A stretch of DNA of 63,596 nucleotides, filler included, from Sphacelaria rigidula (taxonomy: Eukaryota): the NCBI GenBank assembly GCA_964200075.2. It is 7 parts of 7 records of this genome, joined end to end, with 100 filler letters (N's around TTAATTAATTAA, not from the genome) between each part and the next. Parts side by side here need not be neighbours in the genome. Positions count along the whole stretch, not along the records: positions 45,499 to 54,497 come from CAXNAA020009556.1; positions 54,598 to 63,596 come from CAXNAA020009557.1; 5 more parts are not named here. One strand, 5' to 3'. This document shows positions 47,870 through 61,020 of the stretch, one piece after another; position 1 is the stretch's first letter, and every line of letters begins with the position of its first letter. Under the pieces are notes generated by a model. The model made no database searches. It was not told the DNA's origin and saw nothing but the letters and a program-made list of their open reading frames with translations. The position numbers were made by a program, and so were the translations under genes.

Positions 47870-50800
47870 TCATGACGGTGCGCCTCAGGTATGAGATGTG
47901 CCGCTACCGCCCTCTTCCCCCCCCGTTGCCCCCTGAGCCAGCACCAACAAAGAGGTCGAGGTGGAACGTGTTGAGCCACGAGTCCACCCTACCTACTGTC
48001 GATTCGTTGTCGTGTTCCCGTGCGGACCCGCCACTGGCGACCTCACACCTCGACAGTCTCACACGAGCAACTGGCAATCCGTCCCCTATGTTTTTGATCT
48101 TGGCCCGTGACAACGTGTGTCCGGATAAATCCGAGGAGACCATGTCTATTTCCAATGCATGTGTTGATTCGGACCTAAGTTCCGCTGCTGCAGCCACCGG
48201 AACCACGTCCGACGGCGAAAATCGGTCGCCCCTTTTGTCCACTACTGTAGATGATTTGGCGACACATCGCAGTGCGGGGCTGAAATTCTTGCCGACCGCG
48301 CACTTGGGACATCCACTACCAAGCCGGCAGTGCATGTCCTCCCCTGCCGACATCACAGCCGACCCCATCTCCACCACGACGGTCACCCCTAATAGTCGCA
48401 CCCCCATAGCGGTTTACGAGATACGTAGCCCTGACGCCCCAACATTGGAGAACACCCAAGACCAGTGCGCACATCCCCACGCCCCACAAGACCACCCCAG
48501 AGTATATCTCAGTACTTCAGTTCAGGAGGTACAGCGAGCACATCTCGATTCGTTGCCAGAAGTTGGCCCGGATCTTACGAGTGGCGTCGTCACCTTAGAC
48601 GATGCGTCTTTCACAACAAGAGTTGGACTTCATGGTGGACCTTATGCAAGCCATCAACTTACGGCCCTAGTATTACCGGGCTCGGGCTTCTCTTAGATTT
48701 TCGTACTGCCAGTTGCTGGCAGACATGCTCCGCACCGGCGCGGCCGATGACTAATGTCGATCCCCGTTCCACCCCACGCACCTTTGGTGGCTTCGGGTCA
48801 GGTTCTACTTTTGAGTACCACCCAGGCTGTACGGTTGAGTGTTCAGTTCTTCAACGAAACGCACCTCATGGCAAGACCTTCTGTTTGAGCTTAGATTGTT
48901 TCGCACAATGCCCATGCCATTCGATGTTTTGTTGGGCAGAATATAGCTTTGCGTTTCCCGACACACATATTATGCAGACAGGAAAATGTATTTGTGAAGG
49001 ACTGACGCCAACAATTTTCCTGAGTTGTTAACGTATGCTTCGGCTCCGCTTTTACGTACACCTCTGTCTGATATATGTTTCCGCACCAGCACCACTTCCC
49101 CAACTGATGTCGAGCAAAATGCTGACTGTAACGGACCCGTTTCAGCTGGTACAATGGTTTTGAGCACGTCGGATGACGATGCGGAAACTGAGATTCCTCC
49201 AACACTGTTGGATTGTTTCCATCCTGACCAGCGAATAATTTTTGTTATGCGACTATGGAATGGCGTTACACCACACCTGTCACATCACCTTCAACCCTGA
49301 CGGTGCCGGTTGGACTGCAGCGATCATCGACAAACTGCTAGATATTCTGATCCGCCATGCCGCGCGATTGTCCACTTCACCTCTGGATATGGGTCGATGC
49401 ACGATGACTTCGTATCAGATCAACGTGCCATAAGCAATGCCCCCAATCGCCATAGGCCCGTATCGCACGAAACCGCTGCTGGCTCATCAAGTACAAGAGG
49501 TCATAAATAGCTACCTAGCGGCGAATATCATTTGCGTACGCCTCCACCGAGGCCCCAGATTTGAGCATGAGTGGGTTGACACCGAGACTTCGGGTTTTGG
49601 CATGAGTGGGCTGACAGGGACACGTCAGGTTCGAGCATGAGTGGGCTGACACCTTCTGCCCCGAAAACGGCGCTCGGTGGCTTGCCCCCTCGATCCATTT
49701 TTCTGGTTTCTGGAGATGCCAACAACGATGCAAGTATCATACTTGGATATGACCTTCTCAGTGTGACGGGCCGTCGCATGAATGTTACCGCCGTACCGGA
49801 GCTCGCCGCCCCCCTTTTGTTTTCTCTGTACAAGTACGCGCTCTCATTTCTTGTAGAACGCGAGTAAACGAAAAGAAAAATTACGCCTTTTTTCCCGCCA
49901 ACATAGGGTGCGAGAACAATTGGCCGAGTCTACGTGCCGCGCAGAAATACTTCACCTATTCCAAGATTTCCCACTCCCATTCCCCTCCGCGGATACCCTC
50001 GGGCCCGTCGGACGGCGCCGGGAACCCATACAGGATGAAGTCGTTGAGCAAGCAAACTGCAGATGGATGATGACGGCATTGTACGTTTAACCCGCAAACC
50101 CACGCGGGCACCTCAGTCAGACCGTCCCACCGGCAGATATGTTCGACTACTCGGTCAAGAACCTCTTTGCATGTACGTGCCGATGCTGCTGCGACCATGG
50201 GTCCTCCACGAGTGTCATTCCAACATCTCAGCAGATCTGGTATCGATTCGGGCGACCTAGTTCATCGAGCGATTCTACTGGTGGGTAGGTATCGACCAAA
50301 GTGCCCTTTGGTGGGTACGTCGTTGTTGGATTTGCCAGGCGCGCAAGACGTCTACCCAGACTGTGTGTTGACCAATCATGTCCATGCCGCTCCTCAATGG
50401 GCCCGGTGAAGTTATATCTTGTGACCATTTCGGACCGTTGCCGCTTATGTAGAGTAGCAACAAGTACATTTGTTGATTAATGATCGATTCAGTTGTCACT
50501 CCGTCATGCATGCTGTCTCAAAGCCCATCTATTCCGCGGAGGGCACTACCATCATCCTGGTGTGCAAATACATGCCACAATGGGGTGTCCCCCGGAAGTT
50601 GATGTCTAACAATAGCCAACACTTTTCTGGCACACTTTCTGTTACGGTCAGTACACTCTTGGGTTCCCATCGCATCTTTACAAGTCCGCATCACCCCCAA
50701 ACGAACGGTGGAACGGAACGTGTCAACCCCACGATGGTGCAAATGCTGTCAGCCGCCACAAACGAACGACAAATAGATCGGGATCTGCATCTGCCCTTCG

Positions 50801-52090
50801 CCCAAAAGAACTACAAGAACTTTGTCAACACCGCCACCGGCCTTGCACCAAATGAAATTCACATCGGTGGCATGCAGCGGCTACCGTGGACCATATTCGA
50901 GCGCCGCAAACTGCGCGGTCATCAGAGTTTGGACCAGGATTTTTCAGGGAGAATCATGACCTCTTGAGTCATCATCTTAGGTTGGCATATGACTTGGTGC
51001 GCGAGAAAAACCATATCAATTCGACAAACGCGATCAGTGCCAAAGCCACGTTGGATGCTGTGATGCATGAGCGCCCAGTGTGGAAGGTGGGTGCATGGGC
51101 GTGTATGTACAACGATGTACATACAAGTCGCCACGGAGCCAGTGCGAGTAAGGACTCGCCGCATGAGGTGCTGAAGACCAAGCTGTCCTTCAATTGAACC
51201 GGGCCGTGGAAAAGTTTGGGCGTTGGGCCCAGTGCTACAGCACCGGATGATCGACCCATCGGGGAAAACCTTTTGTACCTCGATTTCCCCACGGATGAGG
51301 CTGTGTCTGCGCAGAAAACCCGCGTGTCTGTCTGGCGCTATAAACCTTGCACCGCCCCCACACGACACCACGGACATGCCCAAAAAGTGCCGATACGACT
51401 TAGTCAGTACGTATTGACGAGGCACGCCACCAAGCCGCCGCCTTTTCATGTCACGGCTGAAGATGTTCACGCCTCCGTGGAACGCGTGGTAGTCTATCAT
51501 ATCAGCGGACACCAACTGGTCCGCGGTCGTGGTAGTACAATAGCAGTGATGTTTCAGACGCACTGGAAATGATCGATGCGGGTCACGTGGGAACGATAAG
51601 TCGACTTGCGGCATTTCCATAGACAACGTAGACAAATTTTGCTGTACTGGGTAGGCGATGTTGCGCAACACCGTCCGTGAAACCGAAGATACAGTTCTAT
51701 GCGTAAGAGCGCGGCGACACGGGAGCTGGCCCGGGAGCATTCGGCCCGGTTCGTCATGGCCAGCTATAGCCTTGTTTCGCGTGCGCAATACTTGCTTGCT
51801 TTTCGCAGGAAACGTTTACCGGAAGGCGCGTACTTTTGGCACAAAGCGCAGGACTCCCTCTGGTGGCTGGGCAAGATTCGCTTACCAGCCCCCAACTCCG
51901 ACAGCTCCTACTACATCCGCTTTCTCGATGACCCCGGCCCCCTTGAGCTCATTTTAGACGTTACTTACTACACTTGAGCGTTGTTCGCTCGCCGCGGGTC
52001 CTGGTGTCTCCAGCGCCATGATGATGGCAACATAGACGACGCTATTCTCCGGAACACCGACAATTTGTGGAAGGGAGACGAGTCTTCATG
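47870..52090 (+). mobile_element. Ty3/Gypsy element E, same family as A; RT core and RNase H deleted
   Basis: Protease-like ALVLPGSGFS at ~48665; RT start PIAIGPYRTKP..INSYLAANII at 49440-49530; integrase to C-terminus at 49875-52090, colinear with 290-2502. The 5' boundary is uncertain. Confidence 0.82.
49875..52090 (+). pseudogene. pol: Integrase + chromodomain + Tudor/PWWP-like domain, heavily disrupted
   Basis: YVPMLLRPWVLHECHS, RRCWICQARKT, QTNGGTERVN, ISGHQLVRGRG..FQTHWK, LPEGAYFWHKAQDSLWWLGKI..YYIRFLDD. Confidence 0.9.
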
Positions 52091-52167
52091 CATTCTGTCC
52101 TACCTCCTACCTCCCCCGTACAGCGTCGCCTAGCTGCTTCCACATCATGAACGCAACCCCCCCTTTT

Positions 52168-52330
52168 TTGTGTGCATATGTGTGTGTGGAAGTGCATGTG
52201 AGTATGCGTGCATGTGTGTATGCGTGCATGTGTGTATACGTGTACGCGTTTACGTGTATGTATGTATGAGTGTGGGTGTATGGATGTGTATGCGCATACG
52301 TGTGTATGTGTGTGCGTGTATGTTTATGAG
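52168..52330. repeat. Degenerate (GT/GC/AT)n purine-pyrimidine microsatellite
   Basis: TGTGTGCATATGTGTGTG... alternating tract. Confidence 0.9.
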
Positions 52331-54283
52331 TGAGTATGTGTGTGTGCATGGTTGCGTCTCAATGCCGTTTTGGAGCTGCCCGCGTGCTGGCGGTCGGGTT
52401 GATCTGGTTCTAGAACAGTGGTGCCTTTGTGTGAACACATTTTTGTCCCCAGACAAGGTGACCCAAGCGCATTGGAACGAGCATTTTTCCCGCTTCGACA
52501 CTTGGCTCGACCAACTGTCATAGCCCGCCGTACAGTATTTGTGAAGACCCCACATTGCGGTTTTACATCCAACAACCCACCTGACATTGGTGACCAGGTG
52601 AATTACTTGAGGACGTGCGTATGTTTCGTATGAAGTTGTGAGCTGCGAATATTATGCAGCTCACCCTTCCGTCCTCCTTTGGCTCAACATTTCTGGAGAA
52701 CTGAGACCACCTTGTAGTCTTGTACATTGCTTTGATTTTTCTTGTGTTTGTTCCTGCATCTCTCCGACATTCACGTAAGCCACCACCACGGGTGGTTCTA
52801 GTGGCCTGTCGGACCCGAGACGACACGTCCTTTCATTCTAGCCGCACAATTTTCGAAAACGGATGACCGATACCCCAAGGGCTTCCTCGGCAACTTTTCA
52901 AGTGCCGATGTCTATAATACTTTTTTCTCTCTTGTTTCTTTTGTTCTCCTCGTTTTTGTTCCTGCGTCTTCACGACCTTCAATCCCTCGTGAATCGTTGG
53001 ATCCAAGACACCCCGTCTCTTATCCTCGACCGAACATTTGCGAAAACGAATGGCCGGTTCCCCAAGGGCTTGCTCAGTGAGTGCTCCTTCATATAACCGG
53101 CTGTGTGTTCGACGTTTGTGCCAAAGGATGACCGATATCCGAAGGGCTTCCTCAGCAAATTGTCACGTGATTTTGGGTATGACGACTGTGGATTTTGTTT
53201 CTCGGCGTGTGCGAAAACGGATGACCGATCCCCCGGGCTTCCTCAGTACGCGTCGCGCGGCGGTTATCGCTGTACGAACCTGGAACTTCAATCCGCCACT
53301 GCTGCCGCTCCTAGCTAACCCTAACCCTATCCTATACCGGGAGATATCTCGTTGGTCTTTTTCCACCGGTATGAGTTTTTGCATGCACCACCTCAATGTT
53401 GGAAGTGATGTTTTTTTTATCGTTATGCCTTGGCGAGCCCCTGAAACCGATTGACCTGAGATCCTACTGCGAGTGTTGCGCTCCCCCTTGACGTCGTTCG
53501 ACCGTGGGTACTACAGTCTCCGTCGCCTCAGGAATGACCTAGTTTCTGTGGGTTTCCAGAGAGGTTGATCGCAAGCCCCTTCGGTTCACGCGCTGACCTT
53601 ATCGGCGGAGCGTAGGTTGCGTTTTATGTTGGATGAGCTCCTAAATTGACCATGCGGATCACGTGCCTATACTGCAGGTCGTAGTTGTCAGGCGAAGCGC
53701 CTTCTTTGTGTGTACCACAGACTCGATACCAGCGCAACCGCTTAGGGTATGAGCTGAGGCCGGTGTTCGTTGTTAGCTAGGCTAGGGAAATTCCCTATCG
53801 CTCCTTGTTATGTTTTATCTTACCCCTCTTTGTGGTGTGGAAGATTGTGGTGAAACGTGAGTCTTCGAAGCTCTTCGAACTTCTGGAAACTCACGCTTCA
53901 GAGTGGGCTATTGTCATGGTATTTGCAGGGGCTAGTGTCGGGATCTGTAATCTCGGGCATGCAGGCCTCGGAGTAAAGCAACGTTTGGATATAGATCTTT
54001 GATTTGGCCGCTGAGGGATGCCAGCTTGTCGGAAGTTTCAAATCGATGTTCCGAATAAGTAGTCGATACGAGATACGACTTCCATGATTGTTTTGTCTGC
54101 GCGTCGAATGTTCATGTGCATAGCAGATAGCATTCCCGGAACGTTCGTTCGATGGAGGATTTCTGTTTTTGAGCCTTGTACCATAACTGTGTGTGGAACA
54201 ATTCAGGGTGTAGGGTAGTTATATGTCGGAGCGCTGAGTGCCTCACGGGTGGCCACTGGGGTCTGTAACCTGGCCTTTTTGGA

Positions 54284-54496
54284 ACCTTATCCACATTTGG
54301 AAAGGTCCGCGGATTAGGTGGACAACTAAAGAGCATTCGCACAGCATGGACAGGTTCGAAACAAAACATATTCCAGTCTACAGGGGAGTCACCCGCCTAT
54401 AGACTGGGACATGTTTTGTTTCGATCCTGTCCATGCTGTGCGAATGCTCTTCAGTTGTCTACCCAACCCGCGGACCTTAACAAAGGTGGATAAGGT
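54284..54496. repeat. ~100-bp-arm palindrome running into the contig end (likely a foldback element)
   Basis: ACCTTATCCAC...CAGTCTACAGG versus CCTATAGACTG...GTGGATAAGGT. Confidence 0.88.
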
Positions 54497-54497
54497 C

Positions 54498-54597
54498 NNN
54501 NNNNNNNNNNNNNNNNNNNNNNNNNNNNNNNNNNNNNNNNNTTAATTAATTAANNNNNNNNNNNNNNNNNNNNNNNNNNNNNNNNNNNNNNNNNNNN
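54498..54597. other. Artificial contig linker
   Basis: N44-TTAATTAATTAA-N44. Confidence 0.99.
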
Positions 54598-54668
54598 CGA
54601 AGATTTTAATCCTCCGGGTTCTCATCCTCAATCAAAAGCACCATCCTCAACATAGATGATTGGCTGTT
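54598..54668. mobile_element. Right end of another AACAGCC-family foldback element (cut by contig start)
   Basis: CGAAGATTTTAATCCTCCGGGTTCTCATCCTCAAT...GGCTGTT matches 57967-58037. Confidence 0.85.
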
Positions 54669-56044
54669 TCTACTGCGTTCGTATCCATACAAGATGTATA
54701 CTGAGCGATGCCGTCATAGCGCCGCCCTAGAAGGGCAAAAAAAACTGTCACGAAGAAATAGCCGTACGGCGCATCGAGATAATGGATGCCAGGTCTTAGA
54801 ACTCATCACGAGAAACACAGATAGCTGATTTCAGAAACCAGGTCTCGGTGTTTATTTTGTAGAATGCAGATACACCTGGGTTCAGGCACCAATTTCCGGA
54901 CTTTTTTCAAGTATGCAAACATGGCTGGTTTAAGAAACCAGGTCTAGTCGAAACACCTTTCATGTACCTGTTGCCTCGGTCCCCACTTCACTCTTATGGG
55001 GGAGGGGGGCTACCGCGGCATCACTCTACTGAATTAGTGCGCTGAGCTTGCTTCTGGATATGTAGAAGTAAATATATATCAAGAACAAGATCGCGTGTGT
55101 GTTTCCCGTTGTACATGAAAACAAAGTCGTAGTGCTACGTCAGCCACCACTTTACATTATTATATAGGTGAATGCATATTGTTATACCTTATGCAGCACT
55201 GTATATTCGTACTGAGGGAAACTGGCGATTGAAAACTAGCGATTGTCGATGAGAAGATGATGATGATCGCAACGGTTGTTCGCGCACGCACCTGTCGTCG
55301 GTTGTCGCTGACCTGGACCTGCCGCTCGTGTTGCACTTTTCGTCGCAAGTGCTCCTCTCCGACGGTATCCGAATGAAACCTATCCGCGTCTTATTCACAT
55401 GCGCCACCATCATTGTTGATTATGGGGAGATAGCCGTAAGATGAAGACATAGGGGAATAAAATCCACCGCCCTTCCGAGTGCAGTTAACTTCAGGAGCGG
55501 GCTGCGTGTGGGCGGGGCAATCTGTGGTGTTGACAGATGATGCCGCGATACCCCCCACACAAAAATGGCTGGTTCGAGGAGGCACAAACTACATGTAAAT
55601 CAAAATGACAAAAGCCGAGCACACCGAGCAGCTGGAAAGTCCCATGCTTGGGGCGGTTTCCGCCAATGACGCCCATATGAGGAGTCTGAAACCAGCTATC
55701 ACGTGCTGCACGACAATTCTCTTTGTGACAGTTCTGAGGCTGGTTCGGCGGGGGGGGGGGGGGGCATCGCGGCATGACTCTGACAATATTAAGTTCTAAA
55801 TACACAAAGTCTGGGTGGGGGAGGGAGTGGGGTGCATGACGATCCGCAGGCTGCTCTACCCGAACACAAACTAAGCATCCCTCTGTGTATTCCAAGACCC
55901 CGTGATGAATGAGGAGTGACCTATACATTCAGGTGCCGAAGCTCAGAATCGTCGGATGAGTGGTGCCATAGTACTCATGATCATGCATGCCATAGCCATA
56001 AGACCATTGTCATGGTGGGGGTGCGCAAACACTGAACACTTCAC

Positions 56045-56521
56045 TAGGCTCTTCACTCTAGGAACATCTCAATGAGAAACATCCAGGCCCATGAGTGCAA
56101 CCTCAGACACCATTCTGCTGAAAAAGTGCACCCTTATCGTGGCACCATTCGGACACAGACCCTCTGGGGCCCTGGCTGTTGATACGCACTTCTTTGTCGA
56201 TCGGTTGGGTAAGAAGTAAAAAAGGGGCAAGGATATTCCTGAGACGGCAGGCCGCTGAATGTTTGTGGGCCTGTGAGTCAGTGGTCTCAAGGGATGAACC
56301 CATATGTTCCCCGGTATATGTCTTGCACTTTGGTGTCGCAGATTGGACTAGCACCCCCGCACCGGATCGACTTTCGTCAAACGAACCCTCCTTGTCAACG
56401 ACGGCAATCATATATATATTTTTAGGGGGTGAAACGGAATCATTTGCCGGGATTCGAACCCGCGTTCTTCTGACCTTACGGCTTCAGCTGCACCGTTAGT
56501 TGACGACCGGGGCGCAGCGGC
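56045..56521 (-). mobile_element. Second tRNA-derived SINE-like element
   Basis: Minus strand: GCCGCTGCGCCCCGGTCGTCAACTAACGG ... GGGTTCGAATCCCGGC (B box). The 3' boundary is uncertain. Confidence 0.5.
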
Positions 56522-56628
56522 TACCAGCACCGAACGTTGTGCTATCCGCACAGCGACGGTCTGGGCACATACGCGGAATGCAATCGGTGGATGCATATTT
56601 CTACCGTAGCACATGAAAATGTCTGCAC

Positions 56629-56881
56629 GAGCAATGCTACGGTAGGGGTGCACTTTTTGCGCAAAATCTTTTCTGGTTCAGGAGCTCCTAAAGATTGTAG
56701 ATGCACAAGAATATGGGTTAGGGCATCCCCGTTGCAAATTCATTCGGGATATCCCTGGTACAGTGGGATAGTAATCCTGGCATACTCACATATTTCATAA
56801 GTCTTTTTTCGGACGAGATAAAGGGCTCCTAACAATTCCAACCTCAGAAAACATTTGTGCACCCCTACCCTAGCATTACTC
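56629..56881. mobile_element. 253-bp MITE, GAG...CTC termini, 4-bp TSD GCAC (Sola2-like by inference)
   Basis: TIR GAGCAATGCTACGGTAGGGGTGCAC / GTGCACCCCTACCCTAGCATTACTC; GCAC at 56625-56628 and 56882-56885. Confidence 0.85.
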
Positions 56882-57358
56882 GCACCGGAGTTCGTGTGTA
56901 TCCCCCATTGACGCGTACCGGTATCTCGTGTGCATGCAAGTAGGAAAATGTTGACCCCTATATGTCCCGTTGCTCGTAGTAAATATTATGGGCGGTTGTT
57001 GATGCATGCCCTCGTTTCGCTGAATAATACTCTCCACGAGTCTATGAACATCTTAAAGAGCCTGCTGCACGAGTGACTAGGTAGGAAAACATGGATTCTC
57101 TCACCGGCAATGAAGCCCGCGGCGTCTGGGGTATACTCAGTAAGCGAAACTCCGTCTGGTGGTAGGTTGTCGCGATTCACCTTAGCGGCGTGCCCCGCTC
57201 TCTGCCCCGGAGTACGAACGTTCATGTCGACAACGCAATCTACAGTTACTGTGTAGGTGTTGGGGATGCGCGCGCGCGTGCGTGCGCGTGTGTTTCTCCA
57301 TCATTACTTCGTTGAAGGACTCGTAGTGCACACTTTGAGGGCATTTGTATACGTTGAT

Positions 57359-57590
57359 GTGTGTGTTGTCATCCCATGTATTCTGAACGCCGGTCTACAC
57401 CTTTCGGTATATGTGGGCGCATCAGCCGGGGTCACACGGGAGGAAGACCAACACAGGAGTTTCTCCTTTTTTGTCTGTTTTAGTTCCCCACCTTCCTTCT
57501 GCGGTGGTTGCCTTCATTTTTTATCGCGAGAGAGGGGTTCAGCAGTCCCTTTCCCCCGTCGACCGTCAACTCGAATTTTAGTGTGCATTA
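57359..57590 (-). mobile_element. 5'-truncated copy of the 33316-33668 SINE, abutting a foldback element
   Basis: TACACCTTTCGGTATATGTGGGCGC...ATCGCGAGAG..GGGTTCAGCAGTCC shared. Confidence 0.8.
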
Positions 57591-58037
57591 AACAGCCGAT
57601 CGTCGAAATTGAGGGTGGAGCTCTTCAATGAGGATCAGAACCCGGAGGATTAAAATCTTCGTGTCCACACCAAATCTTCGAAATATGGTTACATTCCTTC
57701 ACCTACTGGTAGCTATCGACAAGTTCTGCGTGTCATACAAATTGTTATTTCGATAACCGAAATGGTGGGGTCCTAGATGAAGAAAAATAATTGGGGGATT
57801 TAGCTGATCCGATCGGATCACCTGAATTTCCCAAAATTGTTTCTTCATCATCTAGGGCCCCAACATTTCGGTTATCGAAATCACAATTTGTAGGGCGTGT
57901 AGCAGTTGTCAATAGCTACCAGTAGGTGAAGGAATGTAACCATATTTCGAAGATTTGGTGTGGATACGAAGATTTTAATCCTCCGGGTTCTCATCCTCAA
58001 TGAAAAGCTCCATCCTCGATTTCGATGGGCGGCTGTT
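57591..58037. mobile_element. Palindromic foldback element, AACAGCC...GGCTGTT, 4-bp TSD ATTA
   Basis: Halves are reverse complements; ATTA at 57587-57590 and 58038-58041. Confidence 0.92.
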
Positions 58038-59324
58038 ATTATAATATAAGGTGGCGATATTGGTCGTTTCGGAACAATAATATGGCGCTCATCCTCAGCT
58101 TCGCGTAGTCACACTACTGGCTCGCGTTGCGGTCCACTGCCTTGAAGCACTTGTACAATGCAAGTATCGAACACATAGCACACGACCGGGTCTCGCCACG
58201 AAACGGTGAAGCGCTGCTCTACTAGTAGAATTACTGAATATACTACACCCACCTGCATCAGTCTGGACTTCTCCAGCGCCACCTTGTCCTTCAAAGCCCT
58301 GCGCTCTGGTCGCGTCATAGGCTTGATATTTCGCTGCGAATGAACGCGTAAAAGTGATCATGACGTCGAGAATTTTCGCTGGACATCGGCACGACTAACG
58401 CGATGCGCGTGCTGCGCTTTCCTAGCAATCTCCCTAATAGTGCCAGACAGAGCTTCAACAGTCGTGCTAGAGCGCACCGACGGCATTTCCTCAAGTCTTG
58501 AGGGCCGCCCTTACTGTCATTCTGCTTGCAATTTGTTCTGTCCAGGATATCGCGAAGATACGCATATCGATGAGCAGCCACGTTAGACGACGCTTACACA
58601 ACTAGTCAGCCAGCACGACGTTTGTCCATGTCTGCGGCCACAAGTATTGGAGCTCGCCATCGGGGCAAGGCCACGAGCGAGATAGTGTTGTGGTGCGGGC
58701 ACGGGCAAGCAACATGCGGCGTAATGCCAACCCGCAGAGATTCAGACACAACGGCACACACCACTCAGACACGGATATAGTTCGTGATGGTACTCACAAA
58801 TCCGAAAGCACTCTCTGGCAGCTCCATTGTATCGTTTTCTAGCTTCGTCCCTACTAAGCTGAGAAATGTGGCTGGTTTATTGGTGGCGTTGCTGCTTCGT
58901 GTCCAAACCACTCCCGGTACAATTGATTGATTCAACACGGATATCATGTCATCATGTACGAATTCCAAAAATTATCGACGGGCGCTTCACGGGCGGTTAC
59001 ATGTATGTTGGGATATCAACTCGAACCGTTACAGGTACAAGCTCATCATACTGCACTGTACTATTGTATTTCGAGGGTACAACGATACGAAGTACTACTC
59101 GTACGAGTATAAGGTATCCGAACGAATGTATCAACTGCGGCGATGGTCTCGAGGTTCGAGACGTACAGTCAGCCTGGAAGGGGTCTCCAATGTACCAAAA
59201 ACAGTAGTATTCATTTACCGATCACCGAGGTGTGCGCAGTGGTTGGTTCCGCATGCGCACGTCGAATCTATAATATATCGTTTATCTTCACGACGAGGTC
59301 GACTCCACACAAGCCATTGAAGAG

Positions 59325-59790
59325 AGTGATTGCCGTGCGTTAACTGACCCGCCAAGAATCCAGTCGTTGTCACAAGATAACCATACCTTACGTAAATACT
59401 GTAAGTGGGACACTTGACAAGGAAACTCGAGAAAGGGGAAGGATGAAAAATAAAAGGGAAGCACAACCCCAATAATACAGCAGCAACCAGGATTTGATTG
59501 ATTGCTTGATTGTCGCACTTTAACCGACCCCCCAGGGGTCCAGCCGTGGTCTCATGACAGACGTACCCAACAAAAGGAAACTGAAACACGCTCTAAGAAA
59601 AAAAGGGGGGGGAACAGAAAATAAAAAAAGTAACTTAGAACGACATAGTGGTAGACTAAGTCGTGACAAAAAAGTAATAAAAAGTCAACACAAGCAAAAA
59701 AGCAGAGAAAGAAATGGCCGACCTAAAACAAGAGGAAAGTACAAAGCAAATAAAATAAAATACAATGAAACAATGGGAAAAAAAAACACC
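59325..59790 (-). repeat. Second copy of the T-rich double hairpin/(CAAT)n repeat
   Basis: GATTTGATTGATTGCTTGATTGTCGCACTTTAACCGACCCCCAGGGGTCCAGCCGTGGTCTCATGA at ~59491-59557; second motif at 59326-59370. Confidence 0.7.
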
Positions 59791-60756
59791 TCCGAGGCCC
59801 TATGTACCCCCCATCTCCCCCCCCCCTCCGGCGATCGTAGAACTTTTTTTTTCACGTGAAGAAACACTCAGTAAATAGCCATTTCGGGGTGACTTGGGTG
59901 AGGTCGCGCCAATAATAATTGTTGGCCCTATCTGCCACCACAAGATGCGACGCACATTGGACGCAAATTGGCGGTGCGGATAGATGCGTTTAGTTTGATC
60001 GAACAAGCAGTGCAGAGCATTGTGGTATTTGTTCGGTCGTGTTCTTGTCGTAGAAGAGTGATGTGCAATGTATTGTCGAAACCCATAAATATAACTTGAC
60101 CTCACTTGGCCCCGAAGGTATGCGAAGAATTACAGCTTCATCAAAACGATTGTTCATCATTTGAATACTTTTTCATTTTTTTCTTTACTATTTACTTTGA
60201 CCCCCCCCCGAAACACTGCAGGACTCAAAAAAGGGGCATAGGGCCTCGGATTTTGTTTGGGGTGCTCTCGCAGCAACAACTACTGAAATAACAGCAATGA
60301 CAACTATGACGGCGGTTTTCCCGTGAGGGGGGCAAACAAAACAAAAACAAAGCAACGCAAGTCTTGTAGAGGGTGACCTATGAGTAGTACCACCAAAAAA
60401 AGAGCGCTACATGTTTTTCAATTGTGTCGGCACAACCGTCCTGCGTGTGCAAGGTCCTCGACAGAATCTGATATGGGGAGCGAAGGAGCGTAGTAGAGAC
60501 ACCAAGAGGCGGCGTACACATCCACCACAAAGATCCGAAAATATAGTGTCTTGGATCTCAAGAGGTGTGATATCTTGAGCGAGTACACAGCATGGGGTGC
60601 GAGAGGGTTCTCCAGTGCCGGAACGACGCAAGCGTCCATTTTCTAGTCTCTTATAAAACCGAACATCCAGGGGACTTTCTTCAACGTGTGCCAGAGTTTC
60701 CCTGGATAGCGTTGTGAGCTCACGTTGACGAGACGCGAGGTCGACGGTATACGCTT

Positions 60757-61020
60757 CGGTCTTCCTACGGTAGGGGTTGCACACTCGGTCCTAGATCTTT
60801 TTCATTCAGGTGCTTCTGAAGTTGAGAGCTACACAAGAAGACGGCTCAGGACATTCCATTTAAAAAGTCATTCGGGATATCCCTACAGTAGTAGCCCATT
60901 CGGAATGTTAATCGTGGTGTGCTCTCACATAATTCATAGGTCGTTTTTTGGGTGAAGTGGAGGGCTCCCGACCGTTCGAACCTCAAAAAATATTTGTGCA
61001 CCCCAACCGTAGCACCACTC
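60757..61020. mobile_element. Older copy of the 56629-56881 MITE family, TSD GCTT
   Basis: CTACGGTAGGGGTTGCAC...GTGCACCCCAACCGTAGCACCACTC; shared CATTCGGGATATCCCT; GCTT at 60753-60756 and 61021-61024. Confidence 0.75.

Noticed and set aside
49565-49651. CRISPR-like repeat-spacer pattern
   Set aside because: Only three 17-bp repeats, the 18-nt spacers resemble each other, there are no cas genes, and the context is eukaryotic.
53311-53336. Telomere-like CTAACCCTAACCCTATCCCTA
   Set aside because: About three degenerate internal units; not a chromosome end.
58250-60760. Possible minus-strand exons (e.g. PMTRPERRALKDKVALEKSRLMQ at ~58253-58322; ORF 60407-60784)
   Set aside because: Isolated splice-like signals with no consistent gene model or homology; RNA-seq is needed.
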